Virus record (IMG/VR): IMGVR_UViG_3300036956_000151
Strand: one strand, 5' to 3'
Length of the DNA: 28,061 nt
From: a virus
Lineage: Duplodnaviria > Heunggongvirae > Uroviricota > Caudoviricetes
Shown piece by piece: positions 1 to 8,520 of this stretch. Every line of letters starts with the position of its first letter. Position 1 is the first letter of the stretch. The position numbers were made by a program, and so were the translations under genes. Below the pieces are notes generated by a model. That model made no database searches. It was given only the letters and a program-made list of their open reading frames with translations, and was not told where the DNA came from.

Positions 1-14
1 ACAAACTCGCCCCG

Positions 15-1892
15 ATGATCGCCGAGGCGCCCTCGGCGGAAGAGGCCGAGGTTCGCCGGACCCGGCTCAAGACCCTGATCGCCCTCGGCAAGGAACGGGG
101 CTACCTGACCTACGCCGAGATCAACGACCACCTGCCTGACGACCTCGTCGACGCCGAGCAGATCGAATCGATCATCAGCACCTTCAACGACATGGGTATC
201 CAGGTGTTCGACGTGGCCCCGGCCGCCGAAGACCTGCTCATGTCCGAAGTCGCGCCCACCGTGGTGGACGACGAACAGGCCGAAGCCGAAGCCGAGCAGA
301 CCCTGTCCGCCGTGGACTCCGAATTCGGCCGCACCACCGACCCCGTCCGCATGTACATGCGTGAGATGGGCACCGTGGAGCTCCTCACCCGCGAAGGCGA
401 AATCGAAATCGCCAAGCGGATCGAGGAAGGCCTGAAGCACATGATCCAGGCAATCTCTGCCTGTCCGACCACCATCGCCGACATCCTTGAAGCCGCCGAC
501 AAGATCGGCCGTGAAGAGATGCGCATCGACGAGCTGATCGACGGCCTGATCGACCCGAATGCCGCGGACAACATCGAAGCCCTCGCCGAGAGCGAAGACC
601 TCGAAGTGGATGATGCCGAAGCCGAGGACGACGACGCCGAAGCCGACCCCAGCGGCGCCCAGTCGGCATCCCTCCTCAAGCTGAAGGCCGAGGCCCTCGA
701 ACGCTTCGCCAACCTGCGCAGCCTCTACGAGAAGATGCTCCCCGCCCTCCAGAAGAAGGGCCCCCAGGACAAGACCTCCGCCAAGATCCAGGAGCAGATC
801 TCCAACGAGCTGATGAACATCCGTTTCACGGCCCGGACCACCGAGCGCCTGTGCGACGCGGTGCGTCACATGGTCGACCAGGCCCGCGCCCATGAACGCA
901 AGATCCTGCATCTCTGCGTGGACAAGTCCAGCATGCCGCGCCCGCACTTCATCAAGAGCTTCCCGGGCAACGAAACCAACCTGGACTGGCTCAAGGGCGA
1001 GATCTCCGGCGGCCCGGCCAACATCCCGGTCCTGATGCGCATGCAGCCGGCGGTGCTCGAAGAGCAGCAAAAGCTCATCGACCTGCAGACCCGCATCGGC
1101 ATCCCGCTGAAAGACCTCAAGGACATCAACAAGCAGATGTCCACCGGCGAAGCCAAGGCACGCCGCGCCAAGCGCGAAATGACCGAGGCCAACCTGCGTC
1201 TGGTGATCTCCATCGCCAAGAAGTACACCAACCGCGGCCTGCAGTTCCTCGACCTGATCCAGGAAGGCAACATCGGCCTGATGAAGGCGGTGGACAAGTT
1301 CGAATACCGTCGCGGCTACAAGTTCTCCACGTACGCCACGTGGTGGATCCGTCAGGCCATCACCCGCTCGATCGCCGACCAGGCGCGGACCATCCGCATC
1401 CCGGTGCACATGATCGAAACGATCAACAAGATGAACCGGATCTCCCGCCAGATCCTGCAGGAAACCGGCAACGAGCCGGATCCCGCCACGCTGGCCGAGA
1501 AGATGGAAATGCCCGAGGAGAAGATCCGCAAGATCCTCAAGATCTCCAAGGAACCCATTTCCATGGAAACGCCGATCGGTGACGACGACGATTCCCACCT
1601 TGGCGACTTCATCGAGGATAATGCGACCCTCGCGCCGGCCGAAGCAGCGCTGTACTCCAGCCTGCGTGACGCTACCAAGGAAGTCCTCGACTCGCTCACC
1701 CCGAGGGAAGCCAAGGTTCTGCGCATGCGCTTCGGCATCGAGATGAACACCGACCACACGCTGGAAGAAGTCGGCAAGCAGTTCGACGTGACCCGCGAAC
1801 GCATCCGCCAGATCGAAGCCAAGGCCCTGCGCAAGCTGCGTCACCCGAGCCGCTCGGAACGTCTGCGCAGCTTCCTCGACAACGAGGCGTAA
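15..1892 (+). CDS. rpoD: RNA polymerase primary sigma factor sigma-70 (RpoD); starts at first in-window ATG but the frame is open to the window edge, so the true start could lie upstream
   Basis: 625-aa ORF with canonical sigma-70 blocks: [13 protein letters not shown] (region 1.1), [66 protein letters not shown] (region 2), [30 protein letters not shown] (region 4.2). Confidence 0.95.
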   Translation: MIAEAPSAEEAEVRRTRLKTLIALGKERGYLTYAEINDHLPDDLVDAEQIESIISTFNDMGIQVFDVAPAAEDLLMSEVAPTVVDDEQAEAEAEQTLSAVDSEFGRTTDPVRMYMREMGTVELLTREGEIEIAKRIEEGLKHMIQAISACPTTIADILEAADKIGREEMRIDELIDGLIDPNAADNIEALAESEDLEVDDAEAEDDDAEADPSGAQSASLLKLKAEALERFANLRSLYEKMLPALQKKGPQDKTSAKIQEQISNELMNIRFTARTTERLCDAVRHMVDQARAHERKILHLCVDKSSMPRPHFIKSFPGNETNLDWLKGEISGGPANIPVLMRMQPAVLEEQQKLIDLQTRIGIPLKDLKDINKQMSTGEAKARRAKREMTEANLRLVISIAKKYTNRGLQFLDLIQEGNIGLMKAVDKFEYRRGYKFSTYATWWIRQAITRSIADQARTIRIPVHMIETINKMNRISRQILQETGNEPDPATLAEKMEMPEEKIRKILKISKEPISMETPIGDDDDSHLGDFIEDNATLAPAEAALYSSLRDATKEVLDSLTPREAKVLRMRFGIEMNTDHTLEEVGKQFDVTRERIRQIEAKALRKLRHPSRSERLRSFLDNEA

Positions 1893-1901
1893 ACAGTTTC
1901 A

Positions 1902-1978
1902 GGGCCGTTAGCTCAGTTGGTTAGAGCAGGCGACTCATAATCGCTTGGTCGCTGGTTCAAGTCCAGCACGGCCCACCA
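1902..1978 (+). tRNA. tRNA with CAU anticodon; anticodon and T arms match what I recall of enterobacterial ileX (tRNA-Ile2, lysidine type) better than elongator tRNA-Met; 77 nt including encoded CCA
   Basis: Acceptor stem GGGCCGT/ACGGCCC, D-arm TAGCTCAGTTGGTTAGAGCA, anticodon loop CTCATAA, T-arm GGTTCAAGTCC, 3' CCA; sits directly after rpoD as ileX does in E. coli. Confidence 0.9.
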
Positions 1979-2028
1979 TACGTATCAAGCACTTAGGCCA
2001 GCCTCACGAGGGCTGGCCTTTTGCTTTC
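1933..2028 (+). repeat. att direct repeat copy 1 (tRNA 3' half from anticodon loop plus terminator); part of the intact tRNA
   Basis: Near-identical to 12407-12502 and 27555-27660. Confidence 0.85.
1996..2027 (+). terminator. Rho-independent terminator of the tRNA (GGCCAGCC-N7-GGCTGGCC followed by TTTTGCTTT); repeated with the att copies at 12470-12501 and 27620-27651
   Basis: 8-bp GC stem plus T-run seen directly. Confidence 0.65.
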
Positions 2029-2036
2029 TGGGCCAA

Positions 2037-2055
2037 TGTAAGCACCTTGTAAGCG
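2037..2055 (+). promoter_or_regulatory. Two TGTAAGC heptamers (2037-2043, 2049-2055) at left end of element A; candidate integrase arm-type sites
   Basis: Same heptamer occurs three times at 12257-12287 at the opposite end, just upstream of the element A integrase start. Confidence 0.4.
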
Positions 2056-2530
2056 CCAGCAGAGGATGCGGGCCTGATGTCTGATGCGTACGTAACTTGT
2101 GTGCGTACCAGACTGCGTACTCGTGCATTGCACGGCCTCACATTGCGGTGCTGGCTATCGCCTTCCAAGCCCACGTTTAAAACGGAGCCTTCGACGGCGT
2201 GCTGAATACTCCGGTTTGAAATCGGAATATTCCCAGCTCCGGACAGCCCTGCGGCGACAGCCTCAAACCTTGACATCTTTGAACATCGGGCCTGACTCGC
2301 AGTAGAGGATGTCGCCGTTCCCGATACCCTGCAAAACCTACAAATCGTCGGCTTTGTGCAAGGGGCGCGAGGCATCCAACGCCATAAGGCACATATCGAA
2401 AGCTGCCTAGCAAGGGGGTGGCGTTTCGCCCACCCCTTTGATGCTCCCCGCAGGGTCGGGAAAACTACGCTATTTCCCGCAGTTTCAAGTTCGACCGTGG
2501 GCACCCTCGCCGGCCCCACCTCGCCCATCA

Positions 2531-2564
2531 ACCAAATTGGTAGATGGAGCAACCAATTTGGTTG
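2531..2564 (+). promoter_or_regulatory. Two adjacent palindromes ACCAAATTGGT and CAACCAATTTGGTTG; operator-like
   Basis: Perfect inverted repeats about 90-120 bp upstream of the Rha-like ORF. Confidence 0.35.
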
Positions 2565-2596
2565 CCACCAGCTTTACCGACCAGCACGGCGAAGGG

Positions 2597-2618
2597 GTGT
2601 CCTCAGTTTTGAGGATAC
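2597..2618 (+). promoter_or_regulatory. Palindrome GTGTCCTCA-GTTTT-GAGGATAC; operator-like, homologous to the site at 15443-15466 in element B
   Basis: Inverted repeat seen directly; 38 bp upstream of the ATG at 2657. Confidence 0.4.
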
Positions 2619-2656
2619 GTCGCCCCCGTCGCCAGCAGATACCCCATCAGCAAACC

Positions 2657-2803
2657 ATGAGCAGCCGCGAGATTGCGGAGCTAACGGGCAAGTGTCACGG
2701 CAACGTGAAGCGGACCATCGACACCTTGTCTGCCAAGGGAGTTATCCCTTTCCCTCATGCTGAGGAAAAGGCTACTGCGGGCCGTCCGCCGCTTGGCCTC
2801 TGA
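2657..2803 (+). CDS. Short ORF (48 aa) resembling only the N-terminal DNA-binding region of Rha/antirepressor-family phage proteins; possibly a truncated remnant
   Basis: MSSREIAELTGKCHGNVKRTIDTLSAKGVI matches the Rha-type N-terminal motif (SxEIAEL-GK-H-NV-R-I); no obvious SD. Confidence 0.4.
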   Translation: MSSREIAELTGKCHGNVKRTIDTLSAKGVIPFPHAEEKATAGRPPLGL

Positions 2804-2994
2804 GGGTGGCGTTTTTAAAACGCCCCCCCATGGAGAGCCAATATGGAGGCCATTTGCGGGAATGGCTCAGTTCTGAGCTATGAAGACCAGAGCCGGAATC
2901 CCTGTTCCACTCCCCATCCCGCCCAAGCCATGAATGCCGGCTGTCGCTGCAACCGTCGTGTGTAACTCTGCCCTGTAACCGCCAGCCAGAAGCG

Positions 2995-3016
2995 AAAAAC
3001 CCGGCGCTTGGCCGGG
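2995..3016 (-). terminator. Rho-independent terminator for the minus-strand gene 3054-3371 (CCCGGC-N5-GCCGGG followed by T5 on the minus strand)
   Basis: Hairpin plus A5 on the plus strand, about 40 bp past the stop codon. Confidence 0.5.
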
Positions 3017-3053
3017 TCTGTCCGTAGTGGGTACTAAACTTCAGGCGACATCT

Positions 3054-3371
3054 CTACCCCTCGGGGGAGCCAAAGTTGCGCAAAACCACACGGGCTAGGC
3101 TGCTGGTGCTGCAAAAACGGTCCTCGATGGCTGACATGACCGAGATGTTCAAGTCCTCGATTCTTGCCGACAGCCCGCGAAGCAATAGGGACTCGTCAAA
3201 GTTCTCCGATGTAAACGTTTCGCGCAGCATTCGGCACAGCCTGTCGATTTCCCAGGTTGCTTCCAGTGCTATGTCTCGGCGAGCCATGGACATAACTATA
3301 TCGTCGCCCTCTTCGCGGAGGTCTTGGTTGGTTCCGGTTTGGGGAAGGCTATCTAGTGTCGTTGCTTGCAT
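3054..3371 (-). CDS. Hypothetical acidic protein, 105 aa (MQATTLDSLPQTGTNQDLREEGDD...)
   Basis: ATG preceded by AAGGAG at 7 nt; terminator downstream; the plus-strand ORF over the same DNA is Ser-rich antisense-like. Confidence 0.5.
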   Translation of the reverse strand: MQATTLDSLPQTGTNQDLREEGDDIVMSMARRDIALEATWEIDRLCRMLRETFTSENFDESLLLRGLSARIEDLNISVMSAIEDRFCSTSSLARVVLRNFGSPEG

Positions 3372-3580
3372 GGTGGCTGCTCCTTGTGTGCGGTGATGTT
3401 CTCCGCAACCCCTTCCTACGGGGGCGGCGGAACCGTGCGGGGCTAGGAATACCGGACACAAGGAACCGGCCAGCCTCGCGGCTGCCCCACACGGCCCGCC
3501 ATTGAACAGGCGTCGCCATGCTTACCGACGTAAAAAAACCGCTTGCGCGGCCCTGTCGGCCTTGTGATTTCCGGGTTCCT
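3372..3580 (-). promoter_or_regulatory. Conserved ~200-bp structured non-coding leader (module 1), homologous to 15029-15235 in element B; possible promoter/5'-UTR or small RNA
   Basis: Alignable by eye with element B (shared GTTCTCCGC, GAACCGTGC, CCATGCTTACCGACGTAAAAAAACCGC-type blocks); conserved stems with compensatory changes; ends in SD plus ATG. Confidence 0.4.
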
Positions 3581-3760
3581 ACGCCCGCCCCTCTGTTTCG
3601 GGGGAAACTGAATCATGGGGCAGGCCGCTCGTTTCAGTCAATATAAAAATGATAATGAAATAGATTGGCTTGCCATAAATTTCGCTTGTACCATCGGCAT
3701 ACGACCACGGGCGTCTCGCAAGATGCAGACTGGCGCTCGCTCAAGACACAAGAGGCCCAC

Positions 3761-4735
3761 ATGAAGCGATTTGTTGTCATCCTCGGAGTATTGATGCTTG
3801 GCGGCTGCGCTACCGCCTATAAGCCTGAAGGTCACGGCGGAGGTTATACCGACGCTAGGTATGGCCCAAACCTCTTTGCAGTCACCGTGCGGGCCAACGG
3901 CTATACATCTTCTGACCGTGCAACAGAGCTGGCAATGCTACGAAGCGCGGAGCTTACATTGCAGAATGGATTCACCCATTTCGTCATCGCCGAGAGGGCT
4001 CAAGAGGCAAAGACCAGCACATTCAGCATGCCGACAACCACTTACACGACCGGAAATATCAACACGCAAGGAAATGCCGCTTACTTGAACGCCCAGACAA
4101 CAACTACAGGCGGGCAAACCTTCAATATTTCGAAGCCTCGCGTTTATTACAAAATAGAGTGTTACCGCAGTCAGCCCGACAGAGCCCTCGGGCTCGCTTA
4201 CGACGCCCGTGCAGTCTGCGAATCGCTTGGCAGCAAGTACGGCGTTGATTGCCAATCTCTCATCGCCACCAATCTCAAGCCTACCCATTCCAATGCCGGC
4301 GAAGTGCGTGCGGAGCTGTCCGCCGACCTGCCAGCCGGCTGGCAACGGCAAACTCTTTCTGACGAACTAGCGCAAAGAGGGGGAAGGCTGTTTGCCACTA
4401 ACAAGACCATAGACGCTGGGGCCTTGGTTTCGATGAGCAAACGGTCTGAAATTGTCGACACAGTCGTTTACGCCAAATCATTGAGAGCAAACCAAGCGAG
4501 CCTCATCGATAAAAGCGAGTGGTCTGAACTATCTGAAATCACCATAAACGGTCGTCGAGCATGGAAATTCTGGGTCACAGGCCTCTCAAAACGCGGCATG
4601 CAGGTTCAGTACCTAGGGACCGTTATTGAAGGCGAGTCACAGATGATTTACGTGAATACCTGGACTTCAAAGAAGAACTTTGACGATAACCGCACTGCTC
4701 TGGAGTCTCTCGCTGGCAGCTTTTCAGGCCTTTAG
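3761..4735 (+). CDS. Predicted lipoprotein, 324 aa, unknown function; low-GC cargo gene
   Basis: MKRFVVILGVLMLGGCATAYK (signal peptide with LGGC lipobox); AGAGG SD; GC visibly lower (~50%) than surroundings; Thr/Asn-rich linker segment. Confidence 0.8.
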   Translation: MKRFVVILGVLMLGGCATAYKPEGHGGGYTDARYGPNLFAVTVRANGYTSSDRATELAMLRSAELTLQNGFTHFVIAERAQEAKTSTFSMPTTTYTTGNINTQGNAAYLNAQTTTTGGQTFNISKPRVYYKIECYRSQPDRALGLAYDARAVCESLGSKYGVDCQSLIATNLKPTHSNAGEVRAELSADLPAGWQRQTLSDELAQRGGRLFATNKTIDAGALVSMSKRSEIVDTVVYAKSLRANQASLIDKSEWSELSEITINGRRAWKFWVTGLSKRGMQVQYLGTVIEGESQMIYVNTWTSKKNFDDNRTALESLAGSFSGL

Positions 4736-4768
4736 GCAGCGCAAGCGACGCCCGACCCCAAAGCGGCT

Positions 4769-4796
4769 ACGCGTGAAAGTGGCGTCTTTCACGCGT
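4769..4796. repeat. Palindromic hairpin repeat ACGCGTGAAAG-N6-CTTTCACGCGT; second copy at 5429-5456
   Basis: 11-bp perfect stems; two direct copies ~660 bp apart bracketing the repeat-rich block. Confidence 0.6.
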
Positions 4797-4907
4797 AACG
4801 ACGGGGCCAAGGGGAGGCCTCGTAGTCGGCTGGGTTGGCGATGAGCGGGGGAGAAGCAGGCTTGGTTTCCAGGGTCGGTTTCCAGCAGAACAGACCTTTT
4901 TCGCCTC

Positions 4908-4977
4908 CTGAAACCTGAACATCTTTCAGCATTCGCCGTCATGCCGTGCGCTTTTCTGTGCGCGTTGCCGGCTGCAT
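4908..4977. repeat. ~65-bp direct repeat (TGAACATCTTTCAGCAT...GTGCGCTTT...TTGCCGG), second copy 5148-5217; iteron-like
   Basis: Two copies ~240 bp apart read directly. Confidence 0.55.
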
Positions 4978-5260
4978 TACATCGAGGACCGGGCCAGCCA
5001 TGCGGTCGATGGCCACCTTGTGTTGTTCTTCAGGATTCAGGATTCAGCCGGGCCGGCACAGTGCTAGCACCGGGCTTGCCCGGTACTGGGGCTGCTTCGC
5101 ACTGCGGCCTGACGTGAAGACGCCCTCCCGCCCGGTCGTTTTGCTTCGTGAAAAGTGAACATCTTTCAGCATCGCATCGGGATGCTGTGCGCTTTCGCGT
5201 GCGGATTGCCGGAATCGGGGCAGGGCCAGTGCCGTCCATCTTCTGGACGCCATCGGTAGC

Positions 5261-5308
5261 GCCGATTTCAGCGCCGATTGACCGGCCGATTGACCGGCCG
5301 ATTGGCTG
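5261..5308. repeat. 12-bp tandem repeat GCCGATTGACCG, about four units, outer units degenerate
   Basis: GCCGATTTCAGC GCCGATTGACCG GCCGATTGACCG GCCGATTGGCTG. Confidence 0.6.
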
Positions 5309-5428
5309 CGCACCGAGCTGCGTACCACTGCCCTGCGTACCCGACTGCCGACGAAGGCCACGCCGCCAGCAGCGGCCACCAGTTCCAGAAAAGCGGCCTA
5401 CTCGCCAGCGTAGAGCTAGTAGCGGCCA

Positions 5429-5456
5429 CGCGTAAAAGTCGCGCCTTTCACGCGTG
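5429..5456. repeat. Second copy of the palindromic hairpin repeat (ACGCGTAAAAG-N6-CTTTCACGCGT)
   Basis: See 4769-4796. Confidence 0.6.
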
Positions 5457-5471
5457 ACGACGCGTGCGAGG

Positions 5472-5499
5472 GGAAGGAAGGAAGGAAGGAAGGAAGGAA
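5472..5499. repeat. (GGAA)7 tetranucleotide microsatellite
   Basis: Seven perfect GGAA units. Confidence 0.9.
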
Positions 5500-5771
5500 C
5501 TCTCTACGAGCGCGTTTGATGCGCCTGGCTACCTGCGCTTCCCTCAGACACGCAGTGCGTTCTTCGGTCTCCAGACGGGCGAGTGCACAGGCCATCCGGG
5601 CCAGGGTCAGAACTTACTGTTTCAGGCTGGCGGATTCTCGTTCCAGGGCGGCGAGTCGTTCAGCCTCCCCAAAACTCCCCAAAACCCCCCATTTATGGGT
5701 GCCGTCCTCCCCAAAACTCCCCACACCACCTTTAAGAGGTGGGGGGAAATGGGGACCATGTGGGGAATGGG

Positions 5772-7745
5772 TTACTTGAGCCACAGCCAGCCCTCCCGAA
5801 GGACGATGCAGCCACGGTTCACAAGTCCGGTAATGGCAAGCTGCGCCCTGTAACGTTTCTGGTCCGGGTCACATGCAAGGCGGGCGCGGGTCTTGTCGAT
5901 AGCCTCTTCCAGTTCAACGCAGGGCCGGCCAGGAGGTCCGCCAGCTTCCCCGAAGTGCCGCGACTCTTTCAGCAGGTCGCGCAGTGCGTCGAGGATGATT
6001 CGCTGATTCCCGCCGGTCGGCAGCTTCACCCGCCCCACGGCATCGGCGGCGCGCTCTTCGGGAACGACGCAGCAGCTTGTGATTTCGTCGCCGTCCTCGT
6101 CGGCCCCGATTTCCACCACTTCCAGCCGAAACGGTTTTCCCAGGTCGTCATTGCCATCCTTGCTCTTCGCGGCCGTCCATTCCCGGCGGTCGTCGGTGCG
6201 GCTCACCTCGATGGCGGCATCAAGCGCAGCGTGAAGGCTGGAATGCCCCCGCAGGCCCTTGGACGCATCCTTGCCGGTGTGATGCACCAGCAGCACCAGC
6301 CCGCCAAGCTCCGCCTGTAGCGCCTTCGTCGCGGCGATGATTTCGCCCATTGCGGCGGAGTCGTTCTCGTCGGCACCCGGCGCGGCGCGGTTCAGCGTGT
6401 CGAGGGCCAACACGCCACCCGAGTAACCGGCAGCGCGGGCGGCGCTCACAAGGTCGGCGCGGTCGGCAGCTTTGCGGATGTCGAGCGGTTGCAGCAGGAA
6501 GCGGAATGCGCCGGCAAGTGGGCCGTGTTTCTCTTGGTGCGCCTGGACGCGTTGCGAGATGCCGGCCTCACCCTCAAGGGCAACATACAGCACTGGGGCG
6601 GCCTTCACGCGGCACCCGAACCACGGCCGGCCAGCGGCGACAGCGGCGAGCATGTCGAGCGCCAGGAAGGATTTGCCGGACCCGCTTGGGCCATACAACG
6701 CGGCAATCCCTTCCTCCGGGAGCACACCACGCACCCGCCAGCGGACAGGGGGCAGCGCGGCCAGTTCAGACGGTGCCAGCAGCCGGAAGCGTTGCGAGTG
6801 CTTCTTCGGATTGGCCAGCAGTGCGGCCAGGGCGTCGAGGCCGTCCCGCTGGTGCATGTCGTTGGCGTCAAAGTTGGCGGGCGAGCCTTCCGGCATTTCC
6901 ACCCATGCGGCGGCGGTGTCCTTGGCGATGCGGGCGCAATGCGACTCCTTGCCGGCATCGGCCACCAACACCCGGCGGGCCAGCGGGTAGCGGTCGGCCA
7001 GCGCCTTGGATGCGGCTTCCATCCGGCCGGCACCGAAGCAGACCGCGGCCGGCGCGTTCGCGGCCTGGTGGCAGCTCCACGCCTGCCCGACGCCCTCGCA
7101 CAGGTAGAGCGTGACGCCTGCGCCCTGGTGCGGGATGCGCCCCACCACGAACAGGCCGTCCATCGGCAGGCCGGGGGCGTTCAGTTTCTTGCCATCGGCC
7201 GGCGGGATGAATTGCGCGCTCTTCAGGGTGCCGTCAATCGCGTAGCACGGCACCACGAGATAGCCGGCCACCGCCTCGCGGGCGATGGTCAGCGGGCCGC
7301 CATAGACGCGCAGGCCGGCGGGTAGGCCATGCTTGCGGGCAATGTAGCCGTGTTCCGCCGTCGCTGGTGCGCAGGATGCCCACAGGGCGGCCACGTCGAG
7401 CGGCGGAGCCTTGGACGGGGCTTCGTGCATCCGGCGCTCGGTCGTGCGTTGTGGGCGGTTCTGGTAAGTCTGGCGCGGTGCGTCGTCGCTCCATCCAGCG
7501 GCGCGGGCCAGTGCGAAGAGCGTACCGGCCTGGATGCCGCCATCCTCGCGGATGCTCCGCCAGACGGCGCGTGCGTCGGCCTCGTTGCGATAGTTGCCGG
7601 CTCCGGCGCTCCAGTCATGGAAGTCCTCGAAGTCGAGGCCGGCAGCCTTTGCAGCCATGCCAGCCCGGACCCATTCGGCGCGTTCGGCACCGGGGTCGAG
7701 GGCGTGCAAGGCAAAGCGGGCGCGGTCAAACTCGCGGGCATCCAT
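5772..7745 (-). CDS. Primase-helicase-type replication protein, 657 aa (PriCT-like N-terminus, Toprim-like centre, RecA-type ATPase C-terminus); ORF-track N-terminal 71 aa rejected
   Basis: MDAREFDRARFALHALDP...GLDFEDFHDWSAG; CEGVGQAW and VLVADAGKE; Walker A YGPSGSGKSFLALD and VLLVHHTGKD; ATG overlaps upstream stop (ATGA). Confidence 0.85.
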   Translation of the reverse strand: MDAREFDRARFALHALDPGAERAEWVRAGMAAKAAGLDFEDFHDWSAGAGNYRNEADARAVWRSIREDGGIQAGTLFALARAAGWSDDAPRQTYQNRPQRTTERRMHEAPSKAPPLDVAALWASCAPATAEHGYIARKHGLPAGLRVYGGPLTIAREAVAGYLVVPCYAIDGTLKSAQFIPPADGKKLNAPGLPMDGLFVVGRIPHQGAGVTLYLCEGVGQAWSCHQAANAPAAVCFGAGRMEAASKALADRYPLARRVLVADAGKESHCARIAKDTAAAWVEMPEGSPANFDANDMHQRDGLDALAALLANPKKHSQRFRLLAPSELAALPPVRWRVRGVLPEEGIAALYGPSGSGKSFLALDMLAAVAAGRPWFGCRVKAAPVLYVALEGEAGISQRVQAHQEKHGPLAGAFRFLLQPLDIRKAADRADLVSAARAAGYSGGVLALDTLNRAAPGADENDSAAMGEIIAATKALQAELGGLVLLVHHTGKDASKGLRGHSSLHAALDAAIEVSRTDDRREWTAAKSKDGNDDLGKPFRLEVVEIGADEDGDEITSCCVVPEERAADAVGRVKLPTGGNQRIILDALRDLLKESRHFGEAGGPPGRPCVELEEAIDKTRARLACDPDQKRYRAQLAITGLVNRGCIVLREGWLWLK

Positions 7746-8194
7746 CACATCACCCCCAGCACGCGCACGAAGGCCGCGACAACGGCGGCGGTCACGGATG
7801 CAGCGGCGAAGACAACGAGCGCGTCGAGGCTGATGGAACCGCGTTGCTGTCGTGCGTTCAGGGCGGCAGCGGTTGCCGGGTGCTGGCGGTCGAGCGCGTA
7901 CTCGGTGATTGTGCTGCGGCAATGGGGGCGGCGGATGTCGCGCTTGCAAAACGCCCACCCGCCATACTCCAGCGACTTAACTGACGCGGCCAGCCGCCAC
8001 CCGTCGCGGTAGTCGGCCTGGTTCTGCGGGCCGGTCAGCAGCGCCTGAAGGGCTTCGTAAGCCCGGGTGTTGTCGTTCGGCCAGCTTGCAGCTTCAACAG
8101 GCGGCAGCGTCTCGGGAAAGAGGTCTTGGGCGTTATAATGGCGAGGCTTGTCCAGGGCGCTCGACTTCTTTTTGGGGGTCGGGCGCTTTTTCAT
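7745..8194 (-). CDS. Hypothetical protein, 149 aa, basic N-terminus and hydrophobic C-terminal helix; coupled to primase gene
   Basis: ATGA overlaps at both ends. Confidence 0.6.
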   Translation of the reverse strand: MKKRPTPKKKSSALDKPRHYNAQDLFPETLPPVEAASWPNDNTRAYEALQALLTGPQNQADYRDGWRLAASVKSLEYGGWAFCKRDIRRPHCRSTITEYALDRQHPATAAALNARQQRGSISLDALVVFAAASVTAAVVAAFVRVLGVM

Positions 8195-8520
8195 GCCGCA
8201 CCAGCCTTTCGGGCCTTCGCTTCGACGAGCGCCATTTCATTGGCAGCGAACTCCTGACCTGCGCTGCCGGCGGCCTCAATGACTTCGACCGGCAGGCGGT
8301 ACTGCGCGAAGGCGCACGACTCGCCGAAGCGGTTGGGACGTTGGATAGTCTCCTTCGCGACGCCCCAGCCCCATTTGGTCAGGAGGAAAACGACGGCGGC
8401 AGTCCGGTAGATGCCCAGCGTCCTCCAGCTTGCAATGGGGCCAATGGCATTGCCAGCCAGAAACGCAGCGAGCAGGCGGGCGCTCTGGGTGCCGTGCTTG
8501 GGGTAGGTGCCGGCCATCAT
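8191..8520 (-). CDS. Hypothetical protein, 109 aa
   Basis: Start overlaps upstream stop (TAATG); stop overlaps downstream start (ATGA). Confidence 0.6.
   Translation of the reverse strand: MMAGTYPKHGTQSARLLAAFLAGNAIGPIASWRTLGIYRTAAVVFLLTKWGWGVAKETIQRPNRFGESCAFAQYRLPVEVIEAAGSAGQEFAANEMALVEAKARKAGAA

Larger units (their letters stand above)
4740..5771. other. Repeat-dense non-coding block immediately downstream of the primase-helicase gene; candidate replication origin of element A
   Basis: Hairpin repeats, 65-bp direct repeats, (CAGGATT)2 at 5031-5047, palindrome GTGCTAGCAC at 5061-5070, 12-bp tandem, (GGAA)7 and CTCCCCAAAACTCCCCA x2 at 5664-5722; no convincing ORF. Confidence 0.4.

Noticed and set aside
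2004-2552. ORFs in the left 600 bp of element A (2004-2552 minus, 2099-2305 and 2356-2763 plus)
   Set aside because: No SD or recognisable motifs; the region is dense in palindromes and hairpins and is better read as regulatory or att-arm DNA.
4769-5500. CRISPR array in the repeat-rich block
   Set aside because: The repeats are heterogeneous in unit and spacing, with no regular repeat-spacer periodicity and no cas genes in the window.
7745-7958. N-terminal 71-residue extension of the primase ORF in the ORF track
   Set aside because: The extension is Arg/Pro-rich and overlaps the upstream 149-aa gene; the internal ATG at 7745 gives an ATGA-coupled start followed by the conserved N-terminal domain.
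5739-8012. Many long plus-strand ORFs (e.g. 5739-6320, 6350-7114, 6489-7325, 7329-8012) overlapping the primase-helicase gene
   Set aside because: Arg/Pro/Ala-rich low-complexity translations typical of antisense frames in GC-rich DNA; the minus-strand frame carries recognisable primase and ATPase motifs.
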